From NCBI GenBank assembly GCA_021790115.1, contig JAJYIM010000003.1, positions 16,602-80,601 of the forward strand: 64,000 nt of DNA, given 5' to 3'. The translations under genes were made by a program, and so were the position numbers. The notes beneath the pieces are model-generated. The model ran no database searches and had not been told where the DNA came from. It worked only from the letters and a program-made list of their open reading frames with translations. The number at the start of each line of letters is the position of its first letter. Within the stretch, counting starts at the first letter, position 1. This document shows, one piece after another, positions 1 through 9,917 of the stretch. The DNA is from Actinomycetes bacterium. Lineage in GTDB: Bacteria > Actinomycetota > Thermoleophilia > BMS3ABIN01.

Positions 1-1
1 C

Positions 2-481
2 AAGATTGCGATAAACTCAGCCGCGCTGGAGAACCCCGGCGTGATCGGCCGCTGCTCGAAGCGTTTCGGGGCGCAGTGCATCGTGGTGGCCATTGACGCC
101 AAACTGGTTCAGGCGGAGCCGGAAAAGAAGTGGGAGGCGTTCGTGCACGGGGGCCGCATCGCTACCGGCTGCGACGCTGTCCAGTGGGCAATTGAGGCGG
201 CCGGGCGGGGCGCCGGAGAAATCCTGCTCACCAGCATGGACACGGATGGCACCAAGCAGGGCTACGATATTGACCTGACGCGGGCGGTAACCACGGCCGT
301 AAATGTGCCCGTGATTGCCTCCGGCGGCGCCGGCAACCTTGACCATTTGGTCGAGGTAGTTAAAAAAGCAAATGCTGACGCCGTGCTGGCGGCCAGTATC
401 TTTCATTACGGAACTTATTCCATTGCTCAGGCCAAGGAGCACATGGCGGCCGCCGGGATACCGATGCGGCTGACAAAATAA
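2..481 (+). CDS. hisF: imidazole glycerol phosphate synthase cyclase subunit HisF, C-terminal part (5' truncated by window edge)
   Basis: Translation ...[23 protein letters not shown]...[16 protein letters not shown]... matches the HisF (beta/alpha)8 barrel C-terminal half. TAA stop at 479-481. Confidence 0.85.
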   Translation, partial: KIAINSAALENPGVIGRCSKRFGAQCIVVAIDAKLVQAEPEKKWEAFVHGGRIATGCDAVQWAIEAAGRGAGEILLTSMDTDGTKQGYDIDLTRAVTTAVNVPVIASGGAGNLDHLVEVVKKANADAVLAASIFHYGTYSIAQAKEHMAAAGIPMRLTK

Positions 482-530
482 CAGGTTTATTACAAGCTTC
501 TCACGGTGATCGTGTTTTCCCGTCATCCGC

Positions 531-578
531 TTTGGGTTTCCCAATATCCAAAATCCACCATCCACAATCCGCTTTTAT
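531..578 (+). repeat. heptamer-tandem intergenic element copy A (ATCCAAA ATCCACC ATCCACA ATCCGC), upstream of metK
   Basis: Four ATCCANN heptamers in tandem ending ATCCGC. Same architecture as copies at 22.9, 39.7, 43.7, 46.1 and 48.3 kb. Confidence 0.6.
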
Positions 579-687
579 GGCTTTTAAAAGACGTTGCTGC
601 TAGACTTGAACGAAACTGTAATTCTCAAGCTCAGTCATCTTCCAAATCGTTGAGGGTGTGGAGGGCTGTTACTGTCTGGAGGCAGCC

Positions 688-1941
688 ATGGCGGAAAAAA
701 ATTACCTTTTCACTTCGGAATCAGTCACTGAAGGGCACCCTGATAAAATCGCCGATCAGATATCTGACGGCGTTCTCGACGCCGTTCTTAAGGATGACCC
801 GTTCGGCCGTGTCGCGTGCGAAACTCTGGTTACAACCGGTCTGGTTGTGGTTGGCGGCGAGGTTACGACCGAGACGTATGTTGACATTCCCAGGCTGGTG
901 CGCGAAACAATTCTTGACATAGGCTACACGCGCGCCAAATATGGCTTTGACGGTGACACCTGCGGGGTAATTGTCGCCCTGGATGAGCAGTCGCCTGATA
1001 TCGCTCAAGGTGTCAACCAGGCTTTTGAGGTCCGCACTGACGCAGACGACGAAGATCCACTCGATCTTCAAGGCGCAGGTGACCAGGGCATGATGTTTGG
1101 TTATGCCTGCAATGAGACGCCTGAGCTGATGCCGATGCCGATCCTGCTGGCCCACCAGCTGGGCAAGCGGCTGGCCGAGGCGCGCAAGAGCGGCGTGCTG
1201 CCGTATCTGCGCCCCGATGGCAAGACCCAGGTCACAGTCCGTTATGAAAATGACAAACCGGTGGAAATCCAGACCGTGGTTATCTCCACGCAGCATAAAC
1301 CGAATATTGACATTGAAACGATGCTAAAGCCCGACCTGATCGAGCATGTTGTGACGCCGGTCCTGCCGGAGTCAATGTACGACCCCAAGCAGATTCAAAT
1401 TCTGGTAAACCCCACGGGAAAGTTCGTCATCGGCGGCCCCATGGGCGACTGTGGCCTCACGGGACGGAAGATAATCGTGGATACCTATGGCGGCGCCGCC
1501 CGCCATGGCGGGGGAGCTTTCTCGGGCAAGGATCCGACTAAAGTGGACCGCTCCGCCGCTTATGCCTGCCGTTACGTGGCCAAGAATATCGTGGCGGCGG
1601 GTCTGGCGGAAAAGTGCGAAGTGCAGGTGGCTTACGCGATCGGCGTCGCTCATCCTGTCTCCATCATGGTCGAATGTTTTGGCACGGAGAAGATTGCCCT
1701 GGAGAAGATGAGGGATTTGATCAAAAAGCATTTTGACCTCCGGCCGGCCGCAATTCTGCGCGACTTGGATCTGCGGCGTCCTATCTACCAAAAGACGGCT
1801 GTCTATGGCCACTTCGGTCGCCATGACCACGATTTTACCTGGGAGCGCACCGACAAGGCCGAGGTCCTGCGCAGTGATGCCGGCTTGGCTAAGGCTGCCA
1901 AGCAGAAGGAAAGAGACGCCTCGTTGCGGGCAGTGGAATAG
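688..1941 (+). CDS. metK: S-adenosylmethionine synthetase
   Basis: [27 protein letters not shown]..., GHPDK motif, full-length MetK similarity. Start placed at the ATG giving MAEKNY; the ORF opens 30 nt earlier. Confidence 0.9.
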   Translation: MAEKNYLFTSESVTEGHPDKIADQISDGVLDAVLKDDPFGRVACETLVTTGLVVVGGEVTTETYVDIPRLVRETILDIGYTRAKYGFDGDTCGVIVALDEQSPDIAQGVNQAFEVRTDADDEDPLDLQGAGDQGMMFGYACNETPELMPMPILLAHQLGKRLAEARKSGVLPYLRPDGKTQVTVRYENDKPVEIQTVVISTQHKPNIDIETMLKPDLIEHVVTPVLPESMYDPKQIQILVNPTGKFVIGGPMGDCGLTGRKIIVDTYGGAARHGGGAFSGKDPTKVDRSAAYACRYVAKNIVAAGLAEKCEVQVAYAIGVAHPVSIMVECFGTEKIALEKMRDLIKKHFDLRPAAILRDLDLRRPIYQKTAVYGHFGRHDHDFTWERTDKAEVLRSDAGLAKAAKQKERDASLRAVE

Positions 1942-1990
1942 TATGGCAGATACTGGATACCGGATGCTGGATACTGGATAAACCGAGAAT
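1942..1990 (-). repeat. heptamer-tandem intergenic element copy B (reverse orientation), between metK and priA
   Basis: Reverse complement reads GGTTTATCCAGT ATCCAGC ATCCGGT ATCCAGT ATCTGCC. 7-nt periodicity. Confidence 0.6.
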
Positions 1991-2141
1991 CGGTCACCGG
2001 AAGGGCCCTATCCTTCTCGAGGTTTATGCTGAGCTTCGCGAAGCGCTCGGGATGAGAAGCCAATCATATGTTGAAATGGCGCCGGCCGGCGCCATTTTCA
2101 TGTGTGCCGTTGACGTCCGCGCCGCGGGTTATAATGATGGC

Positions 2142-4412
2142 ATGAATTCTGCTTCAGGGACTGCCGGCGTCCATATTCAGATCAAGACCCGTTCTCTGGA
2201 TAAGCCGTTCCACTATAGCGTGCCCTCTCGCCTGAGAGGCAAGTTGACGAAGGGCTCGGTAGTGCTAGTGCGGTTCGGCCGCCAGTGGGCACTGGGAATT
2301 GTGACATCGCTGGAGGTTTTACCAGGTCTGCCTCCGGCAAAGCTGGTTGATATTGAAGACATTGTAGACTATCCGGCCATCCCGGCCGCACTGATTGATC
2401 TGGCCCTTTGGATCTCCGAGTACTATTATTGCTCACCCGCTGCGGCCCTGGGGTTGACTTTGCCACCGGGTGGCTTGCCGGGCCTGAAGCGAGCTGAAAA
2501 TGGCGGTTATTTGCTGAAGGCAGCGCCGATTAAACCAAAAACCGCCAGGTTTGTACGCCTGACGGAGCCACGAGCCAATGAGGCGGGGGAGGGGAAGGCG
2601 CAGCGCCGCGTTCTGGATGTTCTTAACGATGCCGGAGATCTGCCACTGGCGGAGCTCCGCGGCCGGGCAGGGGTGAGCGCCTCGCCGGTACAGACACTGG
2701 CGCGCCGCGGACTGGTCGAGATTTACGAGACAAAAATCAGCCGCAGCTGGTCTCGCTATTACAGCGGCAAGCCGGGCGGGAGCGGGCAGGACACCGCTGA
2801 CATGAGGCCGCTTAAGCTGAACCCTCCCCAGCGGGCGGCGCTGAAGGCCATCGCCGCCCGTCTGGAAGAGCCGGATGAGCGTCAGCGGAGCCGCCCGATA
2901 CTCCTGCAAGGGGTAGCGGGAGCAGGCAAGACCGAGGTTTATATTCGTGGCATTGAGGCCGCGGTGAAACTTGGCGGATCGGCCATAATCCTGGTGCCGG
3001 AAATATCACTTACGCATCAGTTGATCAAACGCCTGCAGAGGCGGTTTGGCCTGCGCGTCGGAGTTTACCACAGCGCCCTTGGTTTCGGTGAGCGCTTTGA
3101 TGAATACTCGCGCATCCGGGCCGGAGAAGTTGACGTGGTCGTCGGCCCCCGCTCGGCTCTGTTTGCACCCCTGCCTCACTTGAAGCTGATCATTATTGAC
3201 GAGGAGAACGACAGCTCATTCAAGCAGGAAAACGACCCCCGTTACGACGCCCGCCGGGTAGCGCTGCAACGGGCACGGCTGGAGGGCGCGGTGTTGGTTT
3301 ATGGCACCGCCACTCCCAGCCTGGAGAGCTATTTCCGCGTGCGCGACCGCTACATTCTTCCGGAGCGGGCGACTGGAGCGGCGATGCCCGAGGTGGAAAT
3401 TGTTGACATGCGCAAGGAGAATGACATGGTATTCAGCCGTCGGCTGTTGGACGGCATAAACGCGGCGGTCGGCGCCGGTGAAAAGGTAATCCTGTTGCTT
3501 AACCGCCGCGGCTACGCCAGCTACCTGCAATGCAGTCATTGTGGTCATGTTTGGGAATGCGGTAACTGTGATGTTTCGTTAACTATTCATGCTCGTGCGC
3601 GAATGCTGCTCTGTCATCACTGCGGCGCCAGTGAGCCGCTGCCGCATACCTGCCCGGTTTGCGGCTCAGCCGGACTGCGGCGCTGGGGGGTGGGCACAGA
3701 ACGCCTGGAGGAAGAGCTCAGGCGCCGCTTTCCCGAAGCTCCCGTTTACCGCCTGGATGCAGACACTTCCCAGGGGTATGGCGAAGGCCCGCGCATTCTG
3801 GAAAAATTCGGCAGCCCCGGCGCCGCCGTGCTGCTGGGCACACAGATGGTGGCCAAGGGGCACCACTTTCCTGCCGTCACCCTGGCGGCAGTCATCAATG
3901 CCGATCTGGCTTTGCAGTTCCCGGAATTTAGGGCTGAAGAGCAGACTTTTGCCATTTTAATGCAGCTGGCAGGCCGCAGCGGCCGCGCCGACAAGCCGGG
4001 AAAAGTCCTGATCCAGACGTGGAATGCGGACATTGATTGTATTAAAATGGCCGCGAACCAGGCAGTTAACGAGTTTTACCAGGCAGAGCTTGAGCGCCGC
4101 CGGCGGTTGAGTTATCCGCCTTATATCAACCTGATTAACGTTATCTGTTTGTCGCGCAGTAACGGCCGGCCACGCCAGGCGGCTGAGTTTCTGAAGCAAA
4201 AGCTCGCGGCTGCCGCGGACGGGGAAAAGCTGCTGGGGCCGGCCGACTTGTTTCGCCTGCAGGGTTGGTCACGCAGTCAAATTTTGGTAAAGACATGTAA
4301 CATAGAGCGTTGCTTAGCCGCCTTCAGGCCTGTAGTCGAGAAATTCCGGCAGCCTTTTTCTGCAAAGGGAATCAGGATTGTGGTTGATGTGGATCCTCAA
4401 TGGCTGTCATGA
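2142..4412 (+). CDS. priA: primosomal protein N' (replication restart helicase PriA)
   Basis: Walker A GVAGAGKTEVYI, DEEN(H)-box IIIDEENDSSF, Cys4 zinc-binding cluster CSHCGHVWECGNC...CHHCG...CPVCG, ~760 aa. Alternative upstream start at 2052. Confidence 0.85.
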   Translation: MNSASGTAGVHIQIKTRSLDKPFHYSVPSRLRGKLTKGSVVLVRFGRQWALGIVTSLEVLPGLPPAKLVDIEDIVDYPAIPAALIDLALWISEYYYCSPAAALGLTLPPGGLPGLKRAENGGYLLKAAPIKPKTARFVRLTEPRANEAGEGKAQRRVLDVLNDAGDLPLAELRGRAGVSASPVQTLARRGLVEIYETKISRSWSRYYSGKPGGSGQDTADMRPLKLNPPQRAALKAIAARLEEPDERQRSRPILLQGVAGAGKTEVYIRGIEAAVKLGGSAIILVPEISLTHQLIKRLQRRFGLRVGVYHSALGFGERFDEYSRIRAGEVDVVVGPRSALFAPLPHLKLIIIDEENDSSFKQENDPRYDARRVALQRARLEGAVLVYGTATPSLESYFRVRDRYILPERATGAAMPEVEIVDMRKENDMVFSRRLLDGINAAVGAGEKVILLLNRRGYASYLQCSHCGHVWECGNCDVSLTIHARARMLLCHHCGASEPLPHTCPVCGSAGLRRWGVGTERLEEELRRRFPEAPVYRLDADTSQGYGEGPRILEKFGSPGAAVLLGTQMVAKGHHFPAVTLAAVINADLALQFPEFRAEEQTFAILMQLAGRSGRADKPGKVLIQTWNADIDCIKMAANQAVNEFYQAELERRRRLSYPPYINLINVICLSRSNGRPRQAAEFLKQKLAAAADGEKLLGPADLFRLQGWSRSQILVKTCNIERCLAAFRPVVEKFRQPFSAKGIRIVVDVDPQWLS

Positions 4413-4504
4413 ATATAGTCAACGGAAGGCTGAATGAAAGTAAAAGCCATCGTGGGCCCTGGATTGAAAATTTTGTTATGGCGATGTGGAAAAGGATTTA
4501 GCTA

Positions 4505-5032
4505 GTGGGGATTGATGAAAAAACCAAGGCAGCGGCCTGGCAGCAGATCAGGCAGTTCGGCGATCCGGTTTTAAAAGAAGAGTCGCGGCTGGCAAAGCCA
4601 GGCGTAGATATGCGGCAGCTGGCGGAACGCATGATCAAGATCATGTACGCGGCAGACGGCGTCGGCTTGGCGGCGCCGCAGATCGGGATCCTGCAAAAAA
4701 TCATCGTTTTCCGTTTCGGTAAAGACGAGCCCAAGGTGCTGCTAAATCCGGAGGTTACCTGGCGATCCGAAGAAGTCATCACAGAGCCGGAAGGCTGCCT
4801 CAGTCTCGCCAACCTCGCAGTCGATGTGCCTCGCGCCGCCAGCATCAAAGTCAAAGGGCAAGACCTCGATGGCGAGGAGCATGAGTATGAGCTGGAGGGC
4901 CTGCAGGCGCGCATCCTTCAGCACGAGATTGATCACTTAAACGGCGTCATGATAAACAGCCGCACCAGCAGGGAACAGCGCAAGGACCTGATGGCCCGGC
5001 TGAGACAGGTAAAACTCCCCGGCGAGCGGTAG
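4505..5032 (+). CDS. def: peptide deformylase
   Basis: Motifs GVGLAAPQIG, EGCLS and HEIDHLNG. GTG start. Directly followed by fmt. Confidence 0.9.
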   Translation: MGIDEKTKAAAWQQIRQFGDPVLKEESRLAKPGVDMRQLAERMIKIMYAADGVGLAAPQIGILQKIIVFRFGKDEPKVLLNPEVTWRSEEVITEPEGCLSLANLAVDVPRAASIKVKGQDLDGEEHEYELEGLQARILQHEIDHLNGVMINSRTSREQRKDLMARLRQVKLPGER

Positions 5033-5037
5033 ACCTG

Positions 5038-5979
5038 GTGAAAATTGCCTTTGCCGGCACACCCCGGTTTGGCGCCCTGGTGTTGGAGGCGCTTATCGCT
5101 TCCCGCCATAAGGTCGTGGTGGTGTTCGCCCAGCCGGACCGCCCCGCCGGACGCAGCCGCCGGGTGACGCTGCCGCCGGTCAAGAAACTGGCGCTTGCTG
5201 CCGGGCTGCCCGTGGAGCAGCCGGAAAGCATCAACTCCCCAGAGGCAATTTGGCTACTGGAAAAGCTCGACGTCAATATCTTGGTCATAGCTGCTTTCGG
5301 CCAGATTCTCAAAAATGACCTGCTGGATGCCGTTCCCTGCATTAACGTGCATGGCTCGCTGCTGCCCAAGTACCGGGGCGCGGCGCCGGCGGAGCGCGCC
5401 ATTATGAATGGGGAGCGGGAAACCGGGGCATCGATCATGAAAGTCGTGCTGGCGCTTGATGCCGGCGAGGTTTTCTTAAGGAAAAAAGTCATCATTGATG
5501 ATGAGGATGATGCCGGCTCCTTATCCGAAAAAGTGGCGCGGGCCGGGGGGGTAGCGCTGGTGGAAGTGCTTGACCAGTTCGAAGCCGGCGCGCAGAAAGG
5601 TGAAGCGCAGAATGAATCAAAAGCCACTTACGCCGGGAAAATCATGCCGGCCGAGCGCCGCATCAACTGGTCTTTGCCGGCCCGCCGGATATTTAATCAA
5701 GTGAGGGCTTTATCACCACATATCGGGGCCTTTTCAAAAATCGACGGCAAAGTGTTGAAAATCTGGCGGGTTGCCCCCGCCGCCGCGACAGCGCCGTCTG
5801 AGGGCGCATCCGTGGGCGCCGCCGGCGCGGCCGTCATCGACGGGGAAAAGCTTTACATCCGATGCGGCGACGGCCTGCTTGAGATTATCGGGCTGCAGCC
5901 GGGAGACAAACGGCGCATGAGCGCCGCTGAGTTTTTACGGGGTTACAACCGGTTAATTCGTGGCGCCATACTGCGCTGA
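5038..5979 (+). CDS. fmt: methionyl-tRNA formyltransferase
   Basis: MKIAFAGTPRFGALVLEAL... and formyltransferase core NVHGSLLPKYRGAAP. GTG start 6 nt after the def stop. Confidence 0.9.
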   Translation: MKIAFAGTPRFGALVLEALIASRHKVVVVFAQPDRPAGRSRRVTLPPVKKLALAAGLPVEQPESINSPEAIWLLEKLDVNILVIAAFGQILKNDLLDAVPCINVHGSLLPKYRGAAPAERAIMNGERETGASIMKVVLALDAGEVFLRKKVIIDDEDDAGSLSEKVARAGGVALVEVLDQFEAGAQKGEAQNESKATYAGKIMPAERRINWSLPARRIFNQVRALSPHIGAFSKIDGKVLKIWRVAPAAATAPSEGASVGAAGAAVIDGEKLYIRCGDGLLEIIGLQPGDKRRMSAAEFLRGYNRLIRGAILR

Positions 5980-6081
5980 GCGCCGCTGATTACGGTTTGT
6001 TATAATCTTTTTCGGTACGGGGACGGGGGTTTCGGGCAACTGCCGCACCTGTTTGACCCTGAAGTGGTTTATGAATAGAGC

Positions 6082-6158
6082 CGGGGCGTGGCGCAGCTTG
6101 GTAGCGCGCTTGCTTTGGGAGCAAGAGGCCGGCGGTTCAAATCCGCCCGCCCCGACCA
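6082..6158 (+). tRNA. tRNA-Pro: tRNA-Pro (anticodon TGG)
   Basis: Cloverleaf: acceptor CGGGGCG/CGCCCCG, D-arm GCGCAGCTTGGTAGCGC, anticodon stem CTTGC/GCAAG with loop TTTGGGA (anticodon UGG, G37), T-arm GGCGGTTCAAATCCGCC, discriminator A plus encoded CCA. Confidence 0.85.
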
Positions 6159-6230
6159 GGTTTTCTTCCTTAACCTGAGAATAGTAATATTCAACTTTTG
6201 TTAACGCCGGCTTTGGGCCAGCGCGCCTTT

Positions 6231-6272
6231 CACCGGGCTTCCGGCAACGAAGCCGGGCCGCTAATTTTTTCC
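6231..6272 (+). terminator. putative intrinsic terminator downstream of tRNA-Pro
   Basis: GC hairpin CCGGGCTTCCGGCAACGAAGCCGGG followed by TAATTTTTTCCGCTTTTTG (T-tract). Confidence 0.45.
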
Positions 6273-6399
6273 GCTTTTTGTCGATGAGCAAGCAACGTTG
6301 CAGAACAAGCGTTTGACAAGGCACACTTTGAAAAAATAACTGACCATTCAACTGAGCAGGTGCTCTGATTGCTTCAACAGACAGCTCACTTAACATCAA

Positions 6400-7317
6400 T
6401 CACTTGACGTCAATCACGACCTTGCCCTTGGGGTGAACCGTCTCCAGGAACGTCATCGCATCGCCGGCGGCATCAAGTGGGAACGTTTTTTCCACGTGCA
6501 CTTTAATGCTGTCTTCGTCCACCAGCTGCGCCAGCCTGCCCAGGCGCTCGGTAGTTATCTCAAAATGTTGATAAATGGCTCTAACCTGGTGCTTTTGCAT
6601 CAGCTCCTCGTCAGGATCTTCCAGCGAGGAAACAATCATTCCTCCCGGCTTTAAAACCTTAAGTGAGCGCCGGTAAACATCGCCGCCGACCAGGTCATAA
6701 GCTGCATCATAATCATGGATTATGTTTTCAAACCGCTGTGCTTTGAAATCAATGGCCTCGTTGGCGCCCACATCTCTTACGTAGTCAAATTCATCGGCTG
6801 CGCAGGTGACGGCCACGTAAGCGCCCTGATGCGTGGCGATCTGAACCGCAATGCTGCCGATGCCGCCGGCGCCTCCCTGGATGAGAATCTTCTTTTCCTC
6901 TGAAAGTTGAAAATACTCCGTCAGCGCCTGCACGGCCATGACGCCTGCCAGCGGCAATGCTCCGGCTTCCGTCTCGTTTATTGTTTTCGGTTTTAACGCT
7001 ACCGAACGCGGCTCGGCCAAGTCATACTTGGCGAACGACCCCGTGCCGCCGTTAAAAAATCAAGCCATGCCGTAAATCTCGTCGCCGGGGCGAAAGCCGG
7101 CCACATCCTTCCCCACCGCCGCGACTGTCCCGGCAAAGTCTCCTCCTAAAGTGGCGGGGAGCGGCGCCCCCATGCCGCCGGCGGTCCTGATTTTCCAGTC
7201 GAACGGATTAACGCCGGCTTCGTGAACTTCCACCAGCAACTTTCCAGGCGCGACGGCAGGCGGTAGTGCCCCTAATCCTGTGGAAAAACAAAATGGCGTA
7301 GAATTCCGGGTGAACAA
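6400..7317 (-). pseudogene. Zn-independent quinone oxidoreductase / MDR-family NAD(P)H oxidoreductase (Qor-like), interrupted by an in-frame TGA at 7060-7062
   Basis: N-terminal ORF (7063-7317: ...GAPLPATLGGDFAGTVAAVGKDVAGFRPGDEIYGMA) and C-terminal ORF (6400-7020: ...ILIQGGAGGIGSIAVQIA...) are in the same frame. They are separated only by one TGA codon: ...EIYGMA*FFNGGTGSFAKYDLAEPRS... The Rossmann GGAGGIG motif is intact. Confidence 0.7.
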
Positions 7318-7518
7318 AGGTCCGAAAGGACATAAACCGGAAAGGACTACGCCATGGAAAATCTTATCACGAGTACCAGCAAGACTACAGCAACCCTCGA
7401 CCTGACCCTGCTGATCCGCGGCAGGATCAGACAGTCCATCGAGAACATCCTTTATGAGGAACTGGCCATCGCCTTAGGAGCCGATAAATCCGAACGCACA
7501 GATGAGCGAAAGGGCTGC

Positions 7519-8547
7519 CTAGTAAGCGTCTTCATCCTTGATTACTTCTTCTTGCAACAGGCGGCTCTTAAAGACCCCGTAAACCCAGAGCTGGTAGCCA
7601 ACCACCAGTGGCATGAAGATGATCAGCGCCGCTGCAATGATCACAAGAGCGTAGGTGCTGGCGGCGGCATTGGCGATTGTAACGCTGTTGGCGCCGCTGC
7701 TCGTCGAGGGAAGCATGTTCGGATAGAGCCCGGCCAAGGCAAAAAAGACAAACACGACGATGGCGGCGGCAGATGACAAGAACGCCGCCAGGTCATTTTT
7801 AACCAGCAGAAAATATTTGTTTAAAAACACGGCGGCAACGGTAGCAAACGGAACCGCCAGCCAGGCAGGATGGTTGACATAATTGCCATAAAGTGTGGTC
7901 GCGTATCCAGTGTAAACCGCGAAAGCCGCTCCCACAAGCAGCAGCAAGTACCAGGTTCTGCCGGCCGCCGCTTCCGCCCGCCCTTTTAAATCGCCGCTCG
8001 TTTTTGCCGACAGCCACAGGGCGCCGTGATGCAAAAACAGGGCCAGGAACAACAGGCCGGCAAGCAGACTGTAGGGATTAAGAAAAGACAGCGCCGAGCC
8101 CGCAAAACCGTCACTTCCCAACGCAAGCCCCCGGAAAATATTGCCGAAGACAAGGCCAAAAAGAAAGGCGGGGGCGATACTTCCCAAAGCAAAGGCTGTA
8201 TCCCAGGCCCTGGCCCAGTGGCGGTGCTTCAGCTCGCCTCTGAAGTCGAAAACAACCCCGCGCAGGATCAGCGCCGCGACCAGAATCCCGAGCAGCGAAT
8301 AAAAACTGCTGAAAATGGAGGCGTAAGCATTAGGGAATGCCGCGAACGTGACCGCCCCGGCGGCAATCAGCCAGACCTCGTTGCCGTTCCAGACGGGGCC
8401 GATGCTGTTGATCATCAGCCGCCGCTCATCGCTGCTCCTGGCCAGAAAGGCGGAAAGCATGCCGACGCCAAAATCAAAGCCGTCCAGGGCAAAGTAGCCG
8501 GCCCAGAGAAATCCCCACAGGGCAAAGAGCAGGATCTGGAGCCTCAT
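7519..8547 (-). CDS. cydB: cytochrome bd ubiquinol oxidase subunit II
   Basis: MRLQILLFALWGFLWAGYFALDGFDFGVGML..., polytopic membrane protein. Start overlaps the cydA stop (ATGA). Confidence 0.9.
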   Translation of the reverse strand: MRLQILLFALWGFLWAGYFALDGFDFGVGMLSAFLARSSDERRLMINSIGPVWNGNEVWLIAAGAVTFAAFPNAYASIFSSFYSLLGILVAALILRGVVFDFRGELKHRHWARAWDTAFALGSIAPAFLFGLVFGNIFRGLALGSDGFAGSALSFLNPYSLLAGLLFLALFLHHGALWLSAKTSGDLKGRAEAAAGRTWYLLLLVGAAFAVYTGYATTLYGNYVNHPAWLAVPFATVAAVFLNKYFLLVKNDLAAFLSSAAAIVVFVFFALAGLYPNMLPSTSSGANSVTIANAAASTYALVIIAAALIIFMPLVVGYQLWVYGVFKSRLLQEEVIKDEDAY

Positions 8548-9896
8548 CTTGGCCTCCGCAGTTTTTCAGGACTGATAATCCGGGCCAGGTCTTCATCCGG
8601 CCCTTTTTTGGCGAATCTGGCTAAAAGGTAAACGTCAGTTACCGTCAGGCCGGAGTATAACAGACCTAATCCAATGATTGAGGTTAAAACCTGAGCAGTT
8701 GAGACATTAGCGGAGACGCCGTTGGCGGTGCGGAAAATATGATAGACGATCCAGGGCTGGCGGCCCACTTCCGCCACCACCCAGCCCAGCTCACAGGCGG
8801 CGTAGGGGAGAGGCAATGCGGCCAGCATTATCCAGAGGAACCGCCGCCGCCGGATAAATCCGGGCTTGCGGATATAGTAAACTGCCGCCAGGCCAAGCAG
8901 CATGAACAGCAGCCCCAGACCCACCATCAGCCGGAAGCTGATAAAAACGGGAATGACGGGCGGTCTCTCGTTGACGGGTATGTCATTCATCCCGGTTACC
9001 TTGCCGTTAAGGCTGTGTGTCGCCAGCAGGCTTTCGCCCCAGGGCAGAGATAGCGTTTGGATCAAGTTTTTGTTATGGCCGGGCCAGGGGATAACCAGCA
9101 GGTTATAGTCGGCCGGCTGTTTTGTGTCCCAATAGGATTCCATTGCTGCCAACTTGGCCGGCTGTGTCTGCGCCACTTCGTAAGCGTGCTCGTCCCCGAC
9201 CAGAAAGACCAGGAAAGAACTGACGAGGCCAAAGATGGCCGCCATCTTGAATGATTTGAGGAAAAAATCACTGTGCCGCTTGAGCAAATGATAAGCGGAA
9301 ATGCCGGTGACAAAAAAGGCGGCCACCACGAAGCCGGCGAACATCGTGTGCAGGAATTTAAGCCAGCCATACGGATTTGTGAAAAAGGCCAGGAAGTCCA
9401 CCATGCGCACGCGCCCCTGGCTGATCTGCTCGCCCACCGGGTGCTGCATCCAGCTGTTGGCAAGCAGAATCCAGAGGGCGGAAAGGTTTGCCCCCAGCAC
9501 CAGCATCCAGGCGGCAAACAAGTGTGTCTTTCTGGAAACGCGGTTCCAGCCCAGCACCCAGACGCCAATGAATGATGACTCCAGGAAAAAGGTGAGCAGC
9601 GATTCGATCGCCAGCGGGGCACCAAAAACGTCCCCGGCAAAGCTGGAGAACCGGGACCAGTTCATGCCGAACTGAAACTCGAGGAAGAGGCCGGTGGCGA
9701 CGCCGAGGGCAAAGTTGATCAGAAACAGCCGGCCCCAGAATTTTGTCATCTTCAGGTAAAGGCGGCTGCCGCTGCGCACGTAGCTGGTCTCCATAATCGC
9801 CACCAGCACGGAAAGTCCCAATATCAAAGGGACAAATATGAAATGGAACATCGTGGTCAGGCCGAACTGGATCCGGCTCAGCTCCAGTGTGTTCAT
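8544..9896 (-). CDS. cydA: cytochrome bd ubiquinol oxidase subunit I
   Basis: MNTLELSRIQFGLTTMFHFIFVPLILGL..., conserved CydA N-terminus and Q-loop region. 450 aa. Confidence 0.9.
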   Translation of the reverse strand: MNTLELSRIQFGLTTMFHFIFVPLILGLSVLVAIMETSYVRSGSRLYLKMTKFWGRLFLINFALGVATGLFLEFQFGMNWSRFSSFAGDVFGAPLAIESLLTFFLESSFIGVWVLGWNRVSRKTHLFAAWMLVLGANLSALWILLANSWMQHPVGEQISQGRVRMVDFLAFFTNPYGWLKFLHTMFAGFVVAAFFVTGISAYHLLKRHSDFFLKSFKMAAIFGLVSSFLVFLVGDEHAYEVAQTQPAKLAAMESYWDTKQPADYNLLVIPWPGHNKNLIQTLSLPWGESLLATHSLNGKVTGMNDIPVNERPPVIPVFISFRLMVGLGLLFMLLGLAAVYYIRKPGFIRRRRFLWIMLAALPLPYAACELGWVVAEVGRQPWIVYHIFRTANGVSANVSTAQVLTSIIGLGLLYSGLTVTDVYLLARFAKKGPDEDLARIISPEKLRRPR

Positions 9897-9917
9897 CGGG
9901 CAGCGGCTTCCTCTCCG

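Noticed and set aside
17-565. 182-aa ORF on the minus strand
   Set aside because: It is entirely antisense to hisF and the hisF-metK intergenic repeat, has no family resemblance, and has the Arg/Gly/Pro-rich composition typical of out-of-frame high-GC artefacts.
482-687. Possible SAM riboswitch in the metK leader
   Set aside because: A GGTGTGGAGGG stretch superficially resembles the SAM-I core, but it lies immediately before the start codon (it looks like the RBS), and no P1-P4 helices or kink-turn could be built. Not supported.
5953-6399. 148-aa minus-strand ORF
   Set aside because: Overlaps the tRNA-Pro gene and its terminator; no protein similarity.
7060-7062. Selenocysteine recoding of the in-frame TGA in the Qor-like gene
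   Set aside because: Qor/MDR enzymes are not known selenoproteins; no SECIS-like hairpin is evident downstream, and no sel genes are in the window. Nonsense mutation or sequencing error is more parsimonious.
8026-8631. 201-aa ORF on the plus strand (Lys/Gln/Arg-rich)
   Set aside because: Antisense to cydB/cydA; low-complexity, no domain. Typical spurious ORF on the opposite strand of a GC-rich gene.
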